Assembly (NCBI RefSeq): GCF_009914755.1
Contig: NC_060930.1
DNA length: 64,000 bases
Source: the human T2T-CHM13v2.0 reference genome, Homo sapiens
Reading direction: 5' to 3' (one strand)
A model generated the notes under the pieces. It ran no database searches. It saw only the letters and a program-made list of their open reading frames with translations, and was not told where the DNA came from. The translations under genes were made by a program, and so were the position numbers. Positions 14,430 to 26,114 of the stretch are shown piece after piece (the first letter of the stretch is position 1; each line of letters starts with the position of its first letter).

Positions 14430-17400
14430 TTTTGTCCCAAGATGGCTTACTAGGAATATCAAAAGCCAGTTTTTCTCAAAAAATAGATCAAAGTTACTGG
14501 TGAGTGGACAAATTCTAGACAGAAAACTGAGGGAAGGGAGCCAGGACCTGTCAGAGTGCCCAAGGGAAGAAGCTGGGGTGCAGAAAAGGAAAGCAGCAAG
14601 ACTCTGGCAGAGATTGACCCTCAAGGACCTTGGAGCCCTGTGGAAAGGGTAGGTGGGAGTAGTTCTCTGCTCCCCTTACCCCTCCAACAATCTCCTGACC
14701 ATCAAACTGTTGGAGAGTGCTCCTCTGCCCTTGTGACCCAAAGCAATACTATTGATGGTGACTTGAAAACCTCCTGGGGCTGGAGAATCTGGTGGCCAAC
14801 TCGTGTGTACATGCGTGTCCACACTCCTCTCAGGTGCCAGATACCATACTTGTCGTGCGCCAGCAGTGGGATGCTGCCCTGCCCAGGGATTCTCTGCCCT
14901 TGAGTCACCACACCACCAGATTCCCTGCAAACACACCTCACAGACCACTCTAACTTTGGCAAGCACAGGGAACCAGCAGTTCCCCAGGTAACTGTGAGAT
15001 CTCTGGAGATCTAACCCCCTGCGTGGGCCATCCCTAAGTGGAAGAGAGTGCAGCCCATCAAAAGCACACCTTGGGACAAAGGAAATGCAGGCACAGTGCC
15101 AACTGCTACAAGAGGAAGTATCATTACCCAGGAATGGATGTGGGGAAGGGGTCATCTCCTGCATCCCCCTACACTGTTGCTGATGCAGCAGTGTTCTCTC
15201 TGCCAGGGGCCAGCACATGCACTCGGACACACAGCGTATTTCATGCATCTTGTAGCGGCTCCACCTCTACTGAAAGTGAGCCCTGCACAGCTCAAGCTTT
15301 CAGGAAGGGTAGGGCCCAACTCCCCTTCCCTACACAGAGCAGCAACACCCCAGCAAGGGAAGACAAGTTGCAGAGTTGTCTGCTCCCATCTGGAGGAAGA
15401 GACTCTCCCTGAGCCCATTTTGGTGGCAGCCCTCAGAGGAGTGTACCCGCAACCCGCAGCCAGGAACCAAAGGACAAAATCTTTATGAAATGAAGGTTGG
15501 GAGCCTTGTGACAGGGGCATGATAGGAAGTGGATCACGTTCCTGCCAGCACAGAATGAGGAGTGGGTGTACCCACCCACCTTCTCCCCCAAGACCTCAGC
15601 ACACCCCACAGGATCTCTTCCCGCCACCATCCCCTGCCCACTCAGGGCAGGTGCTTCCACCCAACGCCAGCCTACCTGCCGGCTCTTACTCTTAAATGCC
15701 ATCTACTGGACTGCAGCCTGAACTGCATCACCAAATAAAAATCTGCTAAAAAAGGGCTTAGTGCTAGGCAGTCCACAAGATGAGCCCCCTGGGATCTCCA
15801 CACCCTCAGCTCCACAGGAGACAAGGTGTTAGGTGTCAGTTCTTAGAGCCAATACATCACTACAGTAAGCATCATCTGAGAAAGTCACTACACAGAAGCT
15901 ATCCATAACCAAGGACCCCATATAGCATTTGGCTCTGTGGAAGCACCCAGAAACAAAGGCAAATGATAATACACAACATATACCACAGCCATACCCTTAA
16001 GGAAAAAAAAGTCACATCCAAATGATGGCAAATTCAAAATAAAAAGAGACAGCTTTCTCAAATGAGAAGGAATCAATGCAAGAACTCTGGCAGTACAAAA
16101 AGCCAGGGTGTTCTGGCATCTCAAAGGATCACATTAGCTCTCTAGCAATGGATCCTAACCAAACTGAAATGTATAGGATGACCAATAAAGAATAAAAAAT
16201 ACGTATTGCAACTAAACTCAACAAGATCCAGGAAAAAAGTTGAAATCCAATACAAAGAAACCAGAAAACTGATTCAGCACATGATAGACAAGATAGCTAT
16301 ATTACGAGAGAAACAAATAGAACTGCTTGAATTCTAAAATTTACTAAAGGAATTTTAAAATATAGTTAATAGGCTAGACAAAGCAGAAGAATTACAGAGC
16401 TTGTAGACCAGTCATTCAAATTAACCAAGTCAGACAAAAATAAAGAAAACTGAATTTTTAAAAAATGAACAAAGCCTTCAAGAAATATGGGATTATGTAA
16501 AGCAAACAAACCTTTCACTTACTAGCATTCCTGAGAGAAGAAAAAGTAAGGAACTTGGAAAACATATTTGAGGGAATAATCCAGGAAAATTTCTCCAATC
16601 TTGCTAGAGAAGCTGAAATCTAGAATCAAGAAATTCAGAGACTCCTGAGAGATACCATATAAGATGACATCCCCGAGACAAACAGTCATCAGACTAAGGT
16701 CAACATGAAAGCAAAAATCATAAAGGCAGCTAGAGAAAAGGGCCAAATTACCCATAGAGGAAAACCCATCAGGCTAACAGTGGACTTCTCAGCCGAAGCT
16801 TTACAGTCAGAAGAGACTGGGGGCCTATTTTTAGCCTCCTTAAAAAAAAAATTGCTGGCCAAGAATTTTATATCCTGTTCATCTAAGCTTCATAAACAAA
16901 GAAGAAATGAAATCTTTCCCAGACAAGCAAACACAAAGGGAATTTATCACCATCAGACTGGACCTACAGGAAATGCTCAAAGGAGTTCTAAACATGGAAA
17001 TGAAAGAATGATACCTGCTACCATAAAAGCACACATAAGTACAAAACTCAGACCCTATAAAGCAATCGCACAATAAAGACCACAAAGCAACTAGCTAACA
17101 ACACTATCAAAGGAATAAAACTTCACATATCAATATTAACCTTGAAAGGAAACAGCCTAAATCCTCCACTTAAAAGATACACAGTGGCAAGTTGGATTAA
17201 AAAAACAAGACCCAACCTCTGCTACCTTCAAGAGACCTATCTCACATGTAATGACACCCATAGGCTCAAAATAAAGGGATGGAGAAAGATCTTTCATGCA
17301 AATGGAAACCAAAAGAGAACAGAGATTGCTACTCTTGTATCAGATAAAACAAACTTTAAACCAAGAACAGTTAAAAAAAAAAAAAAGACAAAGAAGGGTA

Positions 17401-19454
17401 CAACATAATGATAAAGAGCTCAATTCAATAAGAAGATATCGTATCCTAAATATATATGTACCCAACATCACAAGACCCAGATTTAGAAACTACTACTAGA
17501 ACCGAAAAAGAGAGATAGCCATAAAATAACAGTGGGGGACTTCAACACCCCACCAGCAGCACTAGACAGATCATGGCACAAAACTAACAAAGGTTTGGAC
17601 ATAAATTAGACTCTCAACCTAATGGACCTAATGGACATCTACAGGATACTCCACCTAACTACCACAGAATATACATTCTTCTCATCTGTGCATCGAACAG
17701 TCTCTAAAATTGACCACATGCTCAATCATAAAGCAGGTCTCAATAAATTCAAAACAATCAAAATCATATCAAGCATCTTCTCAGACCACAGTGGAATAAA
17801 ATCAAAATAAATACCAAGAGGAACCCTAAGAATCACACAAGTATATGGAAACTAAACAACCTGCTCCTGAATGACTTTTGGGTAAACAATGAAATTAAGG
17901 CAGAGATAAAAAAAAATTAATTGAATCAAATGAAAATAAAGACACAACATACCAAAACCTCTGAGATACAGAAAAAGCAGTATTAAGAAGAAAATTTACA
18001 GTGCTCCATGACTACACCAAAACACACAAAGATCTCAAATTAACAACTTAACACCACACTTTTAAGAACTAGAAAGGCAAGAACAAACTAAACCCAAAGC
18101 TAACAGAAGAAATAATTATGATCAGAGCAGAACTAAATGAAATTGAGACCAAAAAAAAACCATACAAAGTATCAACAACACAAAAAGTTAGATATTTGAA
18201 AAGATAAACAAGATTGACAGACTGCTGGCTAGATTAACCAAGAAAAAAAGAAAAGAGATTCAAATAAGCACTATCAGAAATGACAAAAGTGACATCATAA
18301 CTGACACCACAGAAAGACAAAAGATCATCAGAGACTACTAAGAACATCTCTATGTGCACAAATTAGAAGACCTAGAGGAAATGGATTAATTCCTAGAAAC
18401 ACATCACCTTCCAGACTGAACCAGAAAGAAATTGAAATTCTGAACAGACCAATAACAAGTTACGAAATTCAATCAGTAATAATAATAATAAAAAAAATCT
18501 ACCAACCAAAAAAAGCCCTAGACCAGATGGATTTACAGCTAAATTCCACCAGATGTACAAAGAACTGGTACCAATCTTACTGAAACTATTCCAAAAAATT
18601 GAAGAGAGGAGATTTCTCCTTCACCTCATTCTATGCAACTAGTATTATCCTGATTCCAAAACCTAGCAATGACATAACAAAAAAAGAAAACTACAGGTCA
18701 ACATTACTGATAAACATAGACACAAAAATCCTCAACAAAATGCTATCAAACTAAATCCAACAGCACATCAAAGAGATAGTTCACCATGATCAAGTGGGTT
18801 TAACCCTTGGATGCAAGGACGGTTCAACAAACACAAATCAATGAATGTGATTTACCACATAAACAGAGTTAAAAGCAAAAATAACATAATCTTCTCAAAA
18901 GACACAGAAAAGGCATTCGATAAAATTCAATATCCCTTCATAACGAAAATCCTCAACAAACAAGGCATCAAAGGAACATACCTGAAAATACTAAGAGCCA
19001 TATATGACAAACCCACAGTCAACACAATACTGAATGGGCAATAGTTGAAAGCATTCTCCCTAAGAACTGGAACAAGACAAGGATGTCCACTCTCACCACT
19101 CCTATTCAACATAATACTGGAAGTCCTAGCTGGAGCAATCAAGCATGAGAAAGAAATATAAGGTACCCAAATAGGAAAAGATGAAGACAAATTAATTATC
19201 TCTGTTTGCTGACAACATGATTACATACCCAGAAAACCCTAAAGAATCCTCCAAAAGACTCATAGACCTGATAAACAACTTCAGTAACTTTTCAACATAC
19301 AAAAGCAATGTACAAAACTCCACAGCATCAACTCATTTGAGAAACTAAAAAATAAAAATTAAAAAATAAATAAAAATAAAATCTGCAGCATTTTTATACA
19401 CCAACAACATTCAATCTGAGAACCAAATCAAGAACTCAATCTCATTTACAATAG

Positions 19455-19485
<31 letters not shown>

Positions 19486-20515
19486 ATACCTAGTATATAT
19501 AACCAAGGAAGTGAAAGATCTCTACAAAGAGAACTGTAAAACACTGATGAAAGAAATCATAGATGACACGAATGGAAAAACATTCCATGCTCATGGATTA
19601 GAAGAATCAATAACATTAAAATAACCACATTGCCCAAAGCAATCTACAGATTCAGTGCAATTCCCATCAAATTACCAATGCCATTTTCCCCAAAATCAGA
19701 AAAAAAAAATCTAAAATTCATATGGAATCAAAAAAAGAGCCTGAATAGCCAAAGCAATCCAAAGCAAAAAGAACAAATCTAGAAGCATCACATTACCTGA
19801 CTTCAAACCATACTACAAGGCTACAGTAACCAAAACATCATAGTACTAGTATAAAAATAGACACACAGATCAATGGAACAGGATAGAGAATCCAGAAATA
19901 AAGTCACACAGCTACAACTAACTGATCTTCAGCAACGTCAACAAAAATAAACAATGGGGAAAGGACACCCTATTCAATAAATGGTGCGAGGAAAACTGGC
20001 TAGCCATTTATGGATGAACAAAACTGGACCCCTACCTCTTACCATATACAAAAATTAGCTCAAGATTAAAGACTTACATGTAAGACCTCAAACTATAAAA
20101 ACCCTAGAAGAAAACCTAGAAAAAAACCCTTTTGGGCACTGGCCTAAGCAAATAATTTATGACTAAGACATCAAAAACAATTGTGACAAAAAATGACAAA
20201 TGGGACTTAAACTAAAGAGCTTCTGCGTAGCAAAAGAAACAACACAATAAACAGACAACCTACAGAATGAGAGAAAGTTTTTGCAAACTATGCATCCATC
20301 AAAAGACTAATATCCAGAATCTATAAGGAACTTAAACAAATGAACAAGAAAAAACAACCCCATTAAAAAGTGAGCAAAGGATATGAATAGACTCTTCTCA
20401 AATGAAGACATATAAGAAGCCAACAAAGATGAAAAAAATGCTCAGCATCACTAATCATCAGAGCAATGCAAATTAAAACCAAATGAGATACATACAATCT
20501 CATGCCAGTCAGATG
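14430..20515 (+). mobile_element. L1PB-like LINE-1: 5' UTR, degraded ORF1 and ORF2, 3' end missing; antisense to DTNBP1
   Basis: Starts at ccaagatggc. ORF1 remnant KAKIIKAAREKGQITHRGKPIRLTVDFS (16705). Endonuclease remnants (17142 LQETYL; 17622 [27 protein letters not shown]). RT remnant (18811 [20 protein letters not shown]). Many stops and frameshifts. Confidence 0.9.
19455..19478. repeat. (CA)n microsatellite within L1
   Basis: acacacacacacacacacacacac. Confidence 0.9.
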
Positions 20516-22868
20516 TGAAAAATGATACATGAACAAAATGGTAACATCAATACCACTACCGTTTATATCTACCAATGGTAGATATAAAACAGAAAGGAAC
20601 CAATAAGAAATTCTGGAGATTAAAAGTATAATAACTGAAATGAATAATTCACTGGAGGAGTTCAAAAGCACATTTGAGAAGAAAGAATCAACATGATTGA
20701 AGATAAACCAATTTAAATTATCAAAATTAACAAATGTTTACCTAGATTGACTAAGAAAAAAAAAAAGACTCAAGTTACTAAAACCATAATGAAGTGGGAC
20801 TATTACTACGAATCTTACAGAAATAAAAAGGATTATGAGAGAGTGCTATGAACAATGTATGCTAACAAACTGTATAACCTAGCTGAAGTGGACAAATTCC
20901 CACAAACACAAAACATACCAAGACTGAATCCTGAAGAAATGGGAAACTGAATCAGTAATAAAAAACCTCAAGATGAAATACCCTGGACTTGATTGCTTCA
21001 CTGGTGAATTCTACCAAACATTTAAAAAAGAACCAACATTGACCATTCTCAAAATCTTTTTAAAAAGAAAATGAAGAGGAAGGAATAAATCCTAACTCAT
21101 TCTACAAGCCAGCATTACCCTGATACCAAAGCCAAAGGCATACAAGAAAAGGAAACTACAGACCAATACCCCTTATGAATACTAATGCAAAAATCCTCAA
21201 CAAAATACTGGCAAACTAAATTCTGCACTGTGTTAAAAGCATTATACACAATTTCCAAGAGGGATTTATTCCTGGAATGCAAGAATGGCTCAACATATGA
21301 AAATCTGTCAATGTAATAATATGACAGATTGGTAGAACGAAAGGAAAAAACACATGGTCATCCTAATTCATGGAGAAAAGTTATTTGACAAAATTCAACA
21401 TCCTTTCATGATAAAAACACTAAAGTAGAAGGGAACAATCTCAACATAATAAAAATTCATAGTTGACATTATACTCAATGTTGAAAGACTGAAAGCTTTT
21501 CCTGTAAGATCAGGATCAAGACAAGGAACAAGACAAGGATGCCTGCTTTTTCCACTTCGATTCAACACAGTACTGGATGGTCTAGCCAGAGCAATTAGGC
21601 AAGAAAAAAGAAATAAAAGGTATTCAAATTGGAATGAATGAAGCAAAATGATTTCTATTCGTAAATGATATGATCTTATATGCAGAAAACCCTGAAAGTT
21701 CCACACAAAAAACTATCAGGATAAAGGAACTCAGCAAAGTATGATATTAAATCAACACACAACAATTAAGTCAGTTGTTTCTATATACTACCAATAAATA
21801 ATTCAAAAAAAGCAATTAAGAAAACAATTTCATAAATGATAGCATCAAAAAATACTTAGGAATTAACAAAGATGATGAAAGACTCATACAATGAAAACTA
21901 CTAAACAATACTGAAAGAAATTAAAGAAGACATCAATAAATAGAAAAAGCACTCCATGTTAATGGATTGGAATACTTAACATTGTTATCTGTAATAAGCA
22001 AAATGACCAGATTCAATTTAATCCCAATCAAAACCCCAATGACATTCTTTGCAAACAATAGAAAATACATCTTAAAATTCATATGAAATCTCAAATGACC
22101 TTCAACAGCCAAAACAATCTTGACAAGAAAAACTCTTAGAAGAAAACACAGGGGAAAATCCTCATACTCATTAGAGTAGCTATAATAAAAAACAAGAAAA
22201 TAGCGAGCGTTGGTGAGGATAGGAAGAAATTAGAACCTTTATACAATACTGATGGGAAAGTAAAATGATACAGTCACTATGGAAAACAGTATGGTGTTTC
22301 CAGAAAGAATAAAACACAGAATTACCGTATGATCCAGTAATTCTACTGCTGGGTATATACCCAAAGGAACTGAAAGCAAGGTGTCAAAAAGGTACTTGTC
22401 ACTCATGTTCCTAGCAGCAAGCAGTATTTAGAACAGCCAAAAAGTGGAAGCAACTCAAGTGTCCATCAACAGATGAATAAACAAAATATGGTACATACTT
22501 ACAATAGAATATTCAGCTTTTCAAAGAAAGAAAATTCTGACACATGCTGCAACATAAACTTTGAAAACATTATGCTAAATGAAATAAGCCGGTCACACAC
22601 AAAAGTACTTTATAATTGCACTTATATGATGTTCCTAGAATAGTCAAATTCACAGAGAAAGCAAATAGAATGATGGTTGCCTGGGATGGAGAGGAGGGAG
22701 TAGAAATGAGAGTTGTTGGTTAACAGGTACAGAGTTTCCATTTTGCAAGATGAAAAGAGTTTTTGGGATTGGATGCACAACCATGTGAACGTACTCAGCA
22801 CTACTAAGCTTAAGAATGGTTAAGATACATTTTATGCTATGTATATTACATTTTTAAAATTAAAAATA
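20516..22868 (+). mobile_element. Older L1M (L1MB-like): ORF1 and ORF2 pieces plus complete 3' UTR
   Basis: ORF1-like agaaattctggagattaaaagtataataactgaaatg. A second copy of the RT-region motifs (aactacagaccaatacc; gctagccagagcaattaggcaagaa-like). L1MB-type 3' end (gtacagagtttccattttgcaagatgaaaagagtt...aatggttaagat). Confidence 0.85.
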
Positions 22869-23461
22869 TGATTTAAACATTTGCTATTTAAAATGGTCTT
22901 TCTCACATTCAATTTTAGTTCCAATGGGAAAAGACTGTTTCAGTGCGATGTATAAACACATTATTGACACCGTCTTACGGATGTAAATTTTCTATATTAA
23001 CTCCTAAAATGCAACCCTATCCCCAAAAAATGTACCACACAAAAAGTTGATAGCTCTAACATAAATTTTTCAGTAAAATGAAGTTATTTCAACTAAGTTT
23101 CTAGAGAAAAAATAAAGATAAAATGTAAATAGTAAACAATACATTACTGATTAATTTGTACTACACTTCCTTTCATGTTCATTTCTGTTCTTCACACAAC
23201 AAAACAAAGGAAGCAAATATCATATTAAGCACTTTTCACTTCAGAGAAGAAAAATCTCTAGATTTAGCAACCATAAAAAGAAACCTAATGAAGAACTAGA
23301 AAGGAGAAAGGAAAATGTAGGTATCAGTGATTGTGTCATAACAAATACAGATAAGGAAAAGCAGCATACCCTCTCCCACATACATCTTTACCACACATCT
23401 GTCAAATGGCACATTAGTAAGCACAGAAATATGTATAATGACATACTTTAACCATATACTG

Positions 23462-23773
23462 TATTTATTTATTTATTTTTTGAGATGGAGTTTCGCTCTT
23501 GTTGCCCAGGCTGGAGTGCACTGGCACGATCTCGGCTCACCGCAACCCCTGCCGAGATCGCACCATTGCACTCCAGTGATTTTCCTGCCTCAGCCCCGAG
23601 TAGCTAGGATTGCAGGCATGCACCACCAGGCCCAGCTAATTTTTGTATTTTTAGTAAGAGACAGGGTTTCACCAAGTTGGCCAGGCTGGTCTCAAACTCC
23701 TGACCTCAAGTGATCTGCCTGCCTCAGCCTCCCAAAGTGCTGGGATTATAGGTATGAGCCACCGCGACCGGCC
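23462..23773 (-). mobile_element. AluS (Sq/Sp-like) with an internal inverted segment
   Basis: Antisense dimer with (ttta)n tail; see the finding at 23511-23576. Confidence 0.92.
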
Positions 23774-23774
23774 T

Positions 23775-24125
23775 CATTGTGGTTTTGATTTGCGTTTCCC
23801 TGAAGACTGACAACGTTGAGCATCTTTTCATGTGCTTATCGGTCGTTTGCATATCTTCTTTTGAGAAATGTCTATTCAACTCTTTTGCCTATTTCTTCAT
23901 GGGGTTGTCTTTTTATTGTTAAGTTTTAAAAGTTCTTTATATATTCTGGATACATGTTGTTCCTCATATATATGATCTGCAAATATTTTCTCACATTCTA
24001 TGTTTTGTCACTCCACTATCTTGATGGTGTTCTCTGACACACAAAAGTATTTGATTTTGACCAAGTCCATTGTGTCTAATTTTTATCTTGTTGTTTGTGC
24101 TTTTGATGTTATATCTAAAAAGACC
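23775..24125 (-). mobile_element. L1M fragment
   Basis: cattgtggttttgatttgcgtttccctga...gttgagcatcttttcatgtgc...gcttttgatgttatatctaa. Confidence 0.8.
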
Positions 24126-24504
24126 ATACATTTTAATATTAAACTCCATGTCAATAAAAGAATGGATTGGAAAAGAAATGACATAAGAATCAAAGCAAAA
24201 AAACAAAATTATTGGGGACTCAAATCCAGAATCAATTTTCTTGTAATAAAGAAGCCGTACATATTATCATAAAGTATTGACTTGTAAATACAATAGTGAT
24301 CTGTCTGCTCAAAGTTTGAATGGACTTTGTACTAATGAGTGAAAAGTGAAAGCCCTCAAGGAAAATAATACATAAATAATTTCCAATCACTGCATTAAGA
24401 TAAAATTTAGCTGTTTTAAGGCTTTTAACCTACAAAATTAAAAGATATTTTTGGTCAGTAAAAAAGTCAGAAGTATAACCTTCCTCTACAAATGAAACAC
24501 TTAC

Positions 24505-24555
24505 CTGCTAAGTAATTCTAATCCAGCAGAGTACTTTGGCAAAAATGGAACAGTC
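24505..24555 (-). CDS. DTNBP1: DTNBP1 exon 3 (51 nt)
   Basis: ggcag|G ACT GTT CCA TTT TTG CCA AAG TAC TCT GCT GGA TTA GAA TTA CTT AGC AG|gtaagt = (R)TVPFLPKYSAGLELLS(R). Confidence 0.97.
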
Positions 24556-25278
24556 CTGCCCAAAAGAAACACTTATTAAAACTGTTCTTGATTTAGCCAA
24601 CTGAAAAAAAAAAAAAGGTACATACAAGAATTTTGACATTGTCAATTGTAATATATTTTAAAATCACTAATGACAATTATTAAACTTTTAGAGAAATGTG
24701 TTTTATTTCAGAGTTAATGTACTGTATGTAACACACTATCAACCATCATTTTGCCCCAGAGATTCTCTTCAGCATACAATAAATTATTTAATATAATGTT
24801 GGATAAGAACAAATATGTAAGATCACAGTTCATTTCTAGGTTGAAAATGAAATCTGGTCACATGCTTTACTTTATTAAAAAAATGGACAAACAGCACAAT
24901 CCTGGTGTTTTCATACAAAACAGGTAACATAGCTGAAGAGGCTCATTTGCCAAGTAGTATTTCATCATTAATTTGCTTTTCAATAATTCAGGACTTTTAC
25001 TTTTGCTCTTATACAAATTAAAAATGACTAATTGTGATCAAATAATACTCATTGACTGTCAGAGTAAAACAATTATACTTCACCATTTTTTCAACCATTT
25101 CACGATTTTATTAGAAAATTTTCCTGTTACAAAATTTAGAAAGAATCGATAAATTATTTTGTAGTCAGATGCACTCAACAAATCTAAGGTTCATTAATAT
25201 AACTACACAATTGTGAATACACCAAAAGTTGTATGAAATTTAAGTCACAGTTAAGTTAAAATCTTAGCACAAGCTTAC

Positions 25279-25332
25279 CTGGGTTTGCTTTTCACTTTTG
25301 CTTCTCTTGACTTGTCACTTAAAGTCTTCAGC
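25279..25332 (-). CDS. DTNBP1: DTNBP1 exon 2 (54 nt)
   Basis: atag|G CTG AAG ACT TTA AGT GAC AAG TCA AGA GAA GCA AAA GTG AAA AGC AAA CCC AG|gtaagc = (G)LKTLSDKSREAKVKSKP(R), in frame with exon 1. Confidence 0.97.
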
Positions 25333-25374
25333 CTATAATTCAATATAAAATATAATATTTTTACAAGTCAAGAG

Positions 25375-25673
25375 ATTATTATTATTTTTTTGAGACAGGG
25401 TCTCACTCTGTCGTCCAGGCTGGAGTGCAGTGACATGTACATTACTCACTGCAGCCTCAATCCTGGGCCCAAGTGATCCTCCCACCTCATCCTCCTGAGT
25501 AGCTGGGACTATAGTCACCCGCCACCACGCCTGGGTAATTTCTTTTTTTATTTAGTGGAGACGGAGTCTTGCTATGTTGCCCAAGCTGGTCTCATACCCC
25601 ATGCCTCAAATGATCCTCCTGCCTCAGCCTCCCAAAATGCTGGGATTACAGGCATGAGCCACCCCACCCAGCC
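25375..25673 (-). mobile_element. AluJ
   Basis: Diverged antisense dimer about 40 nt upstream of the exon 2 acceptor. Confidence 0.9.
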
Positions 25674-25828
25674 CAGAGATTTTTCAACCACAAATTTTCA
25701 CATGTTAAAATTTTAGGTCAGATAAGCTACTTTTTTTTTTTTAAGCAAGAATTAAGTACCTCAAAAGACAACAAATATTTGAGTGTTTACTATATGTTAG
25801 ATACTACAAACGGAAAATCTGTAGCAAA

Positions 25829-26114
25829 TTTTTTTTTAAGAGATGGTCTCACTCTGTTGCCCAGGCTAGAGTATAGTGGTGCGATTGTAGCTTACTGTAA
25901 CCTCAAACTCTTGGGCTCAAGCAATCTTCCCACCTCAGCCTCCTGGGTAACAAGGATGACAGGTATGTGCCACCATGCCCAGCTATTTGTTTCACTTTTA
26001 TTTTGGTCTCACTATGTTGCCCAGTCTGGTCTCTATCTCCTGGCCTCAAGTGATCTTCCCACCTCAGCCTCCCCATAGAGCTGGGATTATAGGTGTGTGC
26101 TACCACGCCAGGCC
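25829..26114 (-). mobile_element. AluJ
   Basis: Diverged antisense dimer. Confidence 0.88.

Noticed and set aside
16705-21706. ORFs with L1 ORF1, endonuclease and reverse-transcriptase similarity as an active or novel retro-element system
   Set aside because: They are short fragments broken by stops and frameshifts, i.e. ordinary dead LINE-1 copies.
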